Below are positions 7,575-14,168 of a stretch of 14,168 nt of DNA, in pieces; position 1 is the first letter of the stretch; each line of letters opens with the position of its first letter. The notes under the pieces were generated by a model. It had not been told where the DNA came from. It worked only from the letters and a program-made list of their open reading frames with translations, and did not search any database. This stretch comes from Kofleriaceae bacterium (GTDB lineage: Bacteria > Myxococcota_A > Polyangia > Haliangiales > Haliangiaceae), in contig CBDCCZ010000022.1 in the NCBI GenBank assembly GCA_965215005.1, forward strand, positions 1 to 14,168, in the 5' to 3' direction. The translations under genes were made by a program, and so were the position numbers.

Positions 7575-8459
7575 GTGTCTACCTCTTCTCGCATTGGCTT
7601 TGTCATCAAGCCCGAAATGAACGAAGCAAATAAGCTGCTGGAGCAGCTTGTGCCGTGGCTCGCCCAAGCGGGGCACAGCGCGGTGGTCGCCCATGAAGAT
7701 CGAAGCGTGCCGGCGAGCGCGCGCGTGGTTCCCGAGGACAGCTTGGTGGAGGAGATCGATGTACTGGTCGTCCTCGGCGGCGACGGTACGATGCTGCGCG
7801 CGAGCTCGGTGGTGGGCGATTCGGGCATTCCGGTGCTTGGGATCAACTTGGGGCGGTTGGGATTTCTAACCCCGTTCGATCCGCTCGAAGCCCGCGGTGC
7901 CATCGCGGCGGCGGTGGCTGGAGATTTGAATATCTCCGAGCGCATGCGGCTCCTCATTCGGTACCGCAGCGCAGAGTCGGACACGCCGGTCGAGCGTATG
8001 GCGCTCAACGATGTGGTGATCCATCAGGGCGCGATGGCGCGGCTCATCGAGCTGGATGCCTATCTCGACGACGGCCTCATCTCGAGCTACCGCGCCGATG
8101 GCATCATCGTCGCCACGCCCACCGGCTCCACCGCCTACAATCTCGCGGCTGGGGGACCCATTTTGGTGCCCGGCCAGAAGGCCATGGCGCTCACGCCGAT
8201 TTGCGCTCATGCGCTTACCATGCGGCCGCTGGTGGTGCCCGATGACGGCACCATACGGGTACGCCTCGGTGGTGACTCGCGAGGCGTGGTCCTCACCGCA
8301 GACGGCCAATGGGCGCATTCGTTCCTGCCCGGCGATGAGTTGGCCATCACCGCGGCGCCAGCGCCGCTGCGGGTATTCGACTCCAGCAAGCGCTACTTCG
8401 ACATCCTGCGCGAGAAGCTGCATTGGGGGGCTCGCTCGGATCGCGCACCTCGCGACTAG
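7575..8459 (+). CDS. nadK: NAD(+) kinase (294 aa)
   Basis: LGGDGTML, GINLGRLGFL, ALNDVV, ADGIIVATPTGSTAYNLAAGGP. GTG 7575 follows AGGAG; conserved adjacency to recN. Confidence 0.96.
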   Translation: MSTSSRIGFVIKPEMNEANKLLEQLVPWLAQAGHSAVVAHEDRSVPASARVVPEDSLVEEIDVLVVLGGDGTMLRASSVVGDSGIPVLGINLGRLGFLTPFDPLEARGAIAAAVAGDLNISERMRLLIRYRSAESDTPVERMALNDVVIHQGAMARLIELDAYLDDGLISSYRADGIIVATPTGSTAYNLAAGGPILVPGQKAMALTPICAHALTMRPLVVPDDGTIRVRLGGDSRGVVLTADGQWAHSFLPGDELAITAAPAPLRVFDSSKRYFDILREKLHWGARSDRAPRD

Positions 8460-8608
8460 TACGCCGCCGCGGGATTGATGACGCAGAAATCCGCCGCCCC
8501 GATGCGGGGCAAGGGCGGCAGACGTCTGCTGCTCACGCCCCCCTTCGGCGTCTCCCCAAGCAATGATTGTTTTTCTAGCGGTTCACGACTTCCGCCGTGA
8601 ACCACTGG
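8456..8608 (+). repeat. Structured intergenic repeat, copy B, 153 bp
   Basis: About 92% identical to the reverse complement of 226-379. It begins with CTAG, which contains the nadK stop codon, and ends in CTGG. Confidence 0.9.
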
Positions 8609-8688
8609 CCGACCGGCTTGCCTACTTCTTTGAGCTCAAACTCCAAACCAACGACGTGAGCGGCGTAGTCCGCTTTGCGAGAAAACCG

Positions 8689-10368
8689 ATGCTGCGCCAC
8701 CTGCGAGTCACCAACTTCGCCATCCTGTCCGACGTGGGTATCGACCCAACGCCGGGCTTCAACGCCCTAACCGGTGAGACCGGAGCGGGCAAGTCGCTCA
8801 TCGTCGAAGCGGTCAATCTACTGCGCGGCGGTCGCGCAAGTGCCGACATTCCGCGTAAAGGCGCCGAGGAGGCCATCGTCGAGGCGATCTTCGAGGTGCC
8901 CCAGGATCTCGACGCACGGGTTCGATCGGTGCTCGAGGAGGCGGGCTTGCCCGATGGCGACGGCGAGGTGCTGGTGCGCAGAGTCATTCATCGGGGTGGC
9001 CGCAGCCGCACCTACGTGAACGGCGCGCTCACTACCGCCAAGCGACTTGCGCAGCTCGGCGGGCTGCTGGTCGATCTATCTGGACAACATCAACATCAGG
9101 GCTTGGTCGATGCCCGCCGCCATCGCGAGATCCTCGACGCCTTTGGGGACCATGGTCCGGCGCTGGAACGCATGCGCGCCTGTCACGCGCGGCTACGCGA
9201 TATCGCCGCTGCGTTGGCGGAGCTCGGTGGCGACGAGCGCGCCCGTGCCGAGCGCGCCGATTACCTGCGGTTTCAGCTCACCGAGCTCGAAGATGCAGCG
9301 CTCGTCGAAGGCGAAGACGAGGAGCTCGAGCGCGAGCGCGCGCGTCTACAGTCGGTCGACCGCCTGCAGGCCGGGGCGCTGGCGGCGGTTGAGCAGCTCT
9401 ATAGCGCCGATGATGCCGCCGCCGATCGCATCAGCGCCGCGGCGCGCGAGCTCGAGCGGTTGGTGGAGATCGATGCCGAGCTAGAAGGACCGTTGCGCCA
9501 GGTCGAAGAGGCGCGGGTGCTCGTCGAGGATGCGGCTACGGCGGCGCGGCGCTACGCCGATCGGCTCGAGGGCGACCCCGAGCGGCTAGCGCAGGTCGAA
9601 GAGCGGCTGGATTTGCTCACCCGGCTGCGGCGCAAGCACGGCGGTAGCATTCGTGAGCTCATCGCGCGCACCGCCGACGTCCGCGCCGAGCTCGATGGGC
9701 TCGATAACCGCGACGAGCGGCTGGCCGCCCTCGAGCGGCAGCGTTTGGAGGCCGAGCGTGAGGCGCTGGCGGCGGCGCGTTCGCTCACCGACAAGCGGCG
9801 CCGCGCCGGCAAAAAGCTCGTGCGCCAAGTAGGCAGCGCGCTCGCTGAGCTGGGGATGGCCGCCGCGGAGCTATCGGTTGCGATCGAGCCGCGTGAGCTC
9901 GGCGCCGAAGGGGCAGACCGGGTCGAGCTGATGCTGGCTTCCAACAAGGGCGAAGGCGCCAAGCCGCTCGCGAAGATCGCCTCGGGCGGTGAGCTCTCGC
10001 GCATCATGCTGGCGCTCAAGCTATGTCTGCGGCGCGCTGATGAGGTGGCCACCTACGTGTTCGACGAGGTCGACACCGGAATCGGCGGCGTGACGGCGGA
10101 GGTCGTTGCTCGCTTGATTCGCGCGGTTGCCAAGCAGCGACAGGTCTTGTGCGTCACCCATCTGCCGCAGATAGCCGCCTTTGCCGATGGTCACTTCCAC
10201 GTCTCCAAGAGCGAGAGCGGCGGACGCACCGAAACCACCGTGCGGCTGCTGGGACATGAGGAGCGCCGCGATGAGATGGCGCGCATGCTCGGCGGTGCAC
10301 GTCTCACCGCCGCGGCCCGTGCCAACGCCGAAGAGCTGCTAGCCGCGGCACATGGCCAAGCGTCGTGA
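8689..10368 (+). CDS. recN: DNA repair protein RecN (559 aa)
   Basis: [13 protein letters not shown] start, Walker [16 protein letters not shown]-loop, long coiled coil, ASGGELSR signature, VFDEVD Walker B and VTHLPQIA. Confidence 0.97.
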   Translation: MLRHLRVTNFAILSDVGIDPTPGFNALTGETGAGKSLIVEAVNLLRGGRASADIPRKGAEEAIVEAIFEVPQDLDARVRSVLEEAGLPDGDGEVLVRRVIHRGGRSRTYVNGALTTAKRLAQLGGLLVDLSGQHQHQGLVDARRHREILDAFGDHGPALERMRACHARLRDIAAALAELGGDERARAERADYLRFQLTELEDAALVEGEDEELERERARLQSVDRLQAGALAAVEQLYSADDAAADRISAAARELERLVEIDAELEGPLRQVEEARVLVEDAATAARRYADRLEGDPERLAQVEERLDLLTRLRRKHGGSIRELIARTADVRAELDGLDNRDERLAALERQRLEAEREALAAARSLTDKRRRAGKKLVRQVGSALAELGMAAAELSVAIEPRELGAEGADRVELMLASNKGEGAKPLAKIASGGELSRIMLALKLCLRRADEVATYVFDEVDTGIGGVTAEVVARLIRAVAKQRQVLCVTHLPQIAAFADGHFHVSKSESGGRTETTVRLLGHEERRDEMARMLGGARLTAAARANAEELLAAAHGQAS

Positions 10369-10440
10369 GCGCCGCGCACTCGAGGTGAACGATGACCGCC
10401 TCACCGGCGGCCGGGCGGAGTGGACCTACGCAACCTCGCC

Positions 10441-10512
10441 AGCCGGGATGGAACGGCGTTTAGAACGGGATGGAACGGCGTTTAGCCGGGATGGAACGGC
10501 GTTTAGAATGGG
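10441..10512 (+). repeat. Short tandem repeat, three full units of 21/22/21 bp plus a partial fourth
   Basis: AGCCGGGATGGAACGGCGTTT, AGAACGGGATGGAACGGCGTTT, AGCCGGGATGGAACGGCGTTT, AGAATGGG. The 20-nt core CGGGATGGAACGGCGTTTAG is exact three times, with no spacers. Confidence 0.95.
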
Positions 10513-10529
10513 CAGTTGTCGCGGCGACT

Positions 10530-11351
10530 TTAGCTGTTGGGACCGCGGTCGCGGACGTTGCGGCGACGGCGTTGGCTGCGTTTCTTGCCACCGCCGGGAC
10601 CACTCCAGTCGGTCCAGTAGTAGCTGCGCTCGCCGGGGGCTCGGAAGTCTAGGTGGACGAAGCCGGAGCGCGGGTAGATCCCGATGCCCATGCCGCCTTT
10701 GTCGAGAGTCTTGGCGAAGGCGTGCAGCTCACGCACCGAAACCCCCGGAATGCGAATGTCCATCGCCGAGGCGTGGAAGTGACGGCTCGAGTCGCGCTCG
10801 GCGAAGCGGAAGCCGCTGACCAGCTCGAGGCGCTGCTTGCCGAAGTGATCATAGATGATGGAGAGCAGCTCGTAGAGCCGCGGATCGACAGCACGCTCCT
10901 CATGAGTTCGCTTGCAGCGAAACCCGTGATCGAGCATCGCCAGGGCCTTCTCGTTGAGAACGCCGTCTTCGTTGTAGATGTTGACGCGAAATTCTTCTTG
11001 CAGGTTCGGAACGTAGAACCAGATCTCCCCAGAGGGACGCGGCAGCGCTTCCTCGCGGAGCTGGCTGCTACCCACCGCGTGACCATCGAATTCTTGCACC
11101 CAACGACAACGTCGCTTGCCGCGCTTGCGCTCGCAGACTTTGCGGCGCTCGGTCTTTGCGCGGCGCGACTTTGCGCGACGGGACCGCGACCGCTCGGCAA
11201 CGCGCGCGCGCCGGTCGACATGATTCGAGGCAGGGATTGCATTGGCTTCTGGAGCAGCCGACGCGGCGGGAATCCCGCCGGCGATGGGAAGCAATCCGGT
11301 GAAGATGAACGCGATGGCCGCGATATAGATGGATAGACGTCGAATCTGCAC
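10530..11351 (-). CDS. DUF882 / YcbK(MepK)-like peptidase M15 family protein, exported
   Basis: Signal peptide, then DPRLYELL...ELVSGFR...SRHFHASAMDI (H-x6-D)...GIGIYPRSGFVHLD zinc ligands. AGGA upstream of GTG 11351. Confidence 0.88.
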   Translation of the reverse strand: MQIRRLSIYIAAIAFIFTGLLPIAGGIPAASAAPEANAIPASNHVDRRARVAERSRSRRAKSRRAKTERRKVCERKRGKRRCRWVQEFDGHAVGSSQLREEALPRPSGEIWFYVPNLQEEFRVNIYNEDGVLNEKALAMLDHGFRCKRTHEERAVDPRLYELLSIIYDHFGKQRLELVSGFRFAERDSSRHFHASAMDIRIPGVSVRELHAFAKTLDKGGMGIGIYPRSGFVHLDFRAPGERSYYWTDWSGPGGGKKRSQRRRRNVRDRGPNS

Positions 11352-11496
11352 TTCGTTTCCTGCCGCTGAGGCCGGGATGCTCCGCAGTTGGCGTTGCGTG
11401 TCCTACACCTCACACCCGGAAATGTACGGGGACACGTTCAGCCTATGCGCGGTTCATCGGCTAGTTCAAGTGATCCTTTACACGCTTATTGAATGC

Positions 11497-11967
11497 TTAC
11501 TTCGGCTCCCGTGTCGGTAAGCTGTCGCTAACGGGTAGGTGCAGCAGCTCGATGCCGAGCTGCTCTGCGACCTGAAAAATCCTGTCATCGCGATAGAACT
11601 CGCCGAACAGGATCCGTCGAACTCCCGCGTTGGCACTTTGTTTGAAACAGCTCCAGCACGGGCTTGCGGTCACGTACAGCGTGGCTCCGTCGATCATCAC
11701 GCCGTTCTTTGCCGCCTGAATGATCGCGTTCACCTCGGCGTGAATCGTGGCGACGCAGTGCCCGCCTTCCATCATGTGGCCAACCTCGGTGCAGTGGGGC
11801 AGGCCGCGAATCGAGCCGTTGTAGCCCGTCGACAGAATCGTTCGGTCCCGCACTAGCACCGCGCCGACGTGTTTGCGTGGGCAGGTCGAGCGCGACGCAA
11901 CGACCGAGGCGATGCTCATGAAGTACTCGTCCCACGACGCACGCGGCGGGTTGGGTCGCTCTTCCAT
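11497..11967 (-). CDS. dCMP deaminase family protein (ComEB-like)
   Basis: WDEYFM..A..VASRSTC...VGAV, TGYNG, HAEVNA and SPCWSC zinc-deaminase motifs. Confidence 0.93.
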   Translation of the reverse strand: MEERPNPPRASWDEYFMSIASVVASRSTCPRKHVGAVLVRDRTILSTGYNGSIRGLPHCTEVGHMMEGGHCVATIHAEVNAIIQAAKNGVMIDGATLYVTASPCWSCFKQSANAGVRRILFGEFYRDDRIFQVAEQLGIELLHLPVSDSLPTREPK

Positions 11968-12078
11968 CCGCGGACGCTAACGCGTCCATCTGATCGTTCC
12001 CAGCGCCACGGGTCACGGATGACGATTTTCTTCGCCCATCGACACCCCAAGCCGCCAGCGAGTGGCCAGTGCCTCCGC

Positions 12079-12107
12079 TCGACGGGCTCGCCGGCCGCCG
12101 TTATAGT
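12079..12107 (+). promoter_or_regulatory. Candidate sigma70 promoter for ileS
   Basis: TCGACG (12079-12084), 17 nt, TATAGT (12102-12107); 11 nt upstream of the ATG at 12119. Confidence 0.5.
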
Positions 12108-12118
12108 GCCGGCTCCCT

Positions 12119-14168
12119 ATGTCCGGTCAAGGCAAGTACAAGGATACGCTGAACCTCCCAGCCACCGACTTCCCCATGCGCGGCGGCCTCGCTGAGCGCG
12201 AACCCGAGTTTCTCGCTCGTTGGGAATCGAGCGATCTTTACGGCCAGATTCTCCAGGCGCGCAAAGATGCGCCGACGTGCCTATTGCACGACGGGCCGCC
12301 GTACTCGAACAACAGCATTCACTACGGCCACATCCTCAACAAACTGCTCAAGGACATGGTCATCAAGTACAAGACCATGGCCGGCTACCGCTCGCCATAC
12401 GTTCCTGGCTGGGACACCCACGGATTGCCCATTGAGTGGGAAGTCACGCGGGAGCTTGGCGAGCAGGGTTTGCAGCGCAGCAAAGCCGAGATCCGCGCCG
12501 CGTGCCGCGACTACGCGCTCAAGTTCGTCGACATTCAGCGGCGCGAGTTTCAGCGACTCGGCATCTTGGGCTCGTGGGAAAAGCCGTACCTCACCCTCGA
12601 TTCGGGTTATGAAGCGCAGATTGTTCGCGCGCTCGCTGCCTTTGCCCGCGGTGGCTATCTCTATCGCGGCAAGAAGCCGGTGTATTGGTGTCACGTCTGC
12701 GGCACCGCGCTGGCCGAAGCCGAGATCGAATACAAAGACCACACCTCGCCATCGATCTATGTGCGGCTGCCGCTCGCCGGCGACTTCGATGTTGCCAGCT
12801 TGGCCCCGGAGCTCGCAGGCGCGCCGGTGGCACTCACCATCTGGACCACCACACCCTGGACGTTGCCCGCGAACCTGGCGGTGGTGGTGTCGCCGCGGCT
12901 GGAGTATGTCGCGCTGGCCTCGCCGCGCGGCGATGGCGAGTATCTCATCGTTGCCAAAGAGCTGGCCGAAGCCCTGGCTGTGGTGATGGGCGCTGAGCCG
13001 GGAACGGCGCAAACGATTCCGCTGGCGCCGGAGGCGATGGCCCGGCTCGAGGGGGTGCGCTATCGTCATCCGTTCATCGATGCGCCCCAGCGCGATGCTG
13101 ATTTTCGAGTGTGGTTCGCCGACTACGTCACCGTCGAGCAGGGCACGGGCCTGGTGCACACCGCACCTGGTCACGGCGCCGAGGACTATCAAACCGGCTT
13201 GCGCCACGACCTCGATACCTACGCGCCAGTCGATGGCGAGGGCCGCTATACCTCCGAGGTGCCGCGCTGGGCCGGTAAGGTGGTGTTCGACGCCAACCCG
13301 GACATCGTGCAGCAGCTGCATGCGTCGGGGCATTTGCTCAATCCGCCCGGCCAGAGCATTTCGCATAGCTACGCTCATTGTTGGCGCTCTAAGAACCCGG
13401 TGTTCTTTCGCGCTACGCCGCAGTGGTTCTTGAGCATCGATCACAACGGGCTTCGTGAGCGTGCGCTCGCGGAGATCGACAACACCAAGTGGGTGCCGGC
13501 ATGGGGCCGCAATCGCATCCACGCGATGATCGAGAATCGCCCCGATTGGTGCCTGTCGCGCCAGCGCACCTGGGGCGTGCCGATACCCGCTGTGTACTGC
13601 GACGGGTGCGGCACGGTGCACGCCAACGCGGAGGTCATGGAGCACGTTGCGGACGTGTTCGAGCAGCGCGGTGCCGACGCGTGGTACGAGCTGCCGCTGT
13701 CCGAGCTGCTGCCGAGTGGGTTTCGCTGCGGCGAGTGCGGCGCCGGCTCCGATGCAATGCGCGCCGAGCAAGACATCATCGACGTCTGGTTTGAGTCCGG
13801 CTGCTCATGGTTTGCGGTGGCCGCGCCCAATCCCGCACTCGGCGACGTCGATATCTATCTCGAGGGCTCCGATCAGCATCGCGGCTGGTTTCACTCCTCG
13901 CTTCTCGTAGGCATCGGCGTGGCCGGCAAGGCGCCGTACAAGACCGTCATTACCCATGGCTTCGTCCTCGACGAGAACGGCCAGCCATACTCCAAGAGTG
14001 CCATTGCCGCCGCGCAGCGTGCCGGAAAGAAAACCCGCTATCAGCCACCCTCGGAGGTGATCAGCACCTACGGCGCCGAAATGTTCCGGTTGTGGGTTGG
14101 CTCCACCGAGTTTCGCACCGATATCACGTACTCGCAGAACATCATCAAAGGGCTCACCGACTGGTATC
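12119..14168 (+). CDS. ileS: Isoleucyl-tRNA synthetase, type 1, truncated by the window end (absent from the supplied ORF track)
   Basis: MSGQGKYKDTLNLPATDFPMRGGL, LHDGPPY, PGWDTHGLPIE, IWTTTPWTLPAN, GTGLVHTAPGHG, DWCLSRQRTWGVPIP, DVWFESG and YLEGSDQHRGWF, in one open frame to 14168. Confidence 0.98.
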   Translation, partial: MSGQGKYKDTLNLPATDFPMRGGLAEREPEFLARWESSDLYGQILQARKDAPTCLLHDGPPYSNNSIHYGHILNKLLKDMVIKYKTMAGYRSPYVPGWDTHGLPIEWEVTRELGEQGLQRSKAEIRAACRDYALKFVDIQRREFQRLGILGSWEKPYLTLDSGYEAQIVRALAAFARGGYLYRGKKPVYWCHVCGTALAEAEIEYKDHTSPSIYVRLPLAGDFDVASLAPELAGAPVALTIWTTTPWTLPANLAVVVSPRLEYVALASPRGDGEYLIVAKELAEALAVVMGAEPGTAQTIPLAPEAMARLEGVRYRHPFIDAPQRDADFRVWFADYVTVEQGTGLVHTAPGHGAEDYQTGLRHDLDTYAPVDGEGRYTSEVPRWAGKVVFDANPDIVQQLHASGHLLNPPGQSISHSYAHCWRSKNPVFFRATPQWFLSIDHNGLRERALAEIDNTKWVPAWGRNRIHAMIENRPDWCLSRQRTWGVPIPAVYCDGCGTVHANAEVMEHVADVFEQRGADAWYELPLSELLPSGFRCGECGAGSDAMRAEQDIIDVWFESGCSWFAVAAPNPALGDVDIYLEGSDQHRGWFHSSLLVGIGVAGKAPYKTVITHGFVLDENGQPYSKSAIAAAQRAGKKTRYQPPSEVISTYGAEMFRLWVGSTEFRTDITYSQNIIKGLTDWY

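Noticed and set aside
8563..8688. 42-aa N-terminal extension of RecN ([16 protein letters not shown]...) in the ORF track
   Set aside because: The ATG lies inside repeat copy B, and the same peptide appears in the ORF over copy A. RecN homology starts at MLRHLRV (8689).
10441..10512. Possible mini CRISPR array
   Set aside because: The units are contiguous with no unique spacers, and there are no cas genes in the window.
12281..13771. 496-aa ORF on the minus strand
   Set aside because: It is an antisense shadow of ileS caused by GC-rich codon bias and has no motifs. The real gene is on the plus strand and was missed only because it lacks a stop in the window.

Overview
High-GC bacterial chromosomal window, most likely Myxococcota (inferred from a myxobacterial-type TonB receptor C-terminus with a downstream lipoprotein, and an exact Myxococcus-type LexA box). 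It is mostly housekeeping: TonB-dependent receptor 3' end, lipoprotein, lipoprotein-signal inorganic pyrophosphatase, MatB-like acyl-CoA synthetase, YpfJ-family Zn peptidase, rplM-rpsI-argC, lipoprotein, nadK-recN, DUF882/M15 peptidase, dCMP deaminase and the first ~2 kb of ileS. The three complete genes in the first 3.7 kb carry eight +1 homopolymer frameshifts that look like sequencing errors. The most notable items are: (1) a structured intergenic repeat family with CTAG/CTGG ends, present three times in 14 kb, abutting stop codons, with a variable central hairpin and one copy apparently supplying the ypfJ ribosome-binding site; (2) an IleRS whose class I signature motifs are both altered (HYGH, and PYSKS plus an insertion instead of KMSKS); (3) an SOS box in front of nadK-recN; (4) an apparently exported pyrophosphatase. 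All alignments and folds were done by eye.
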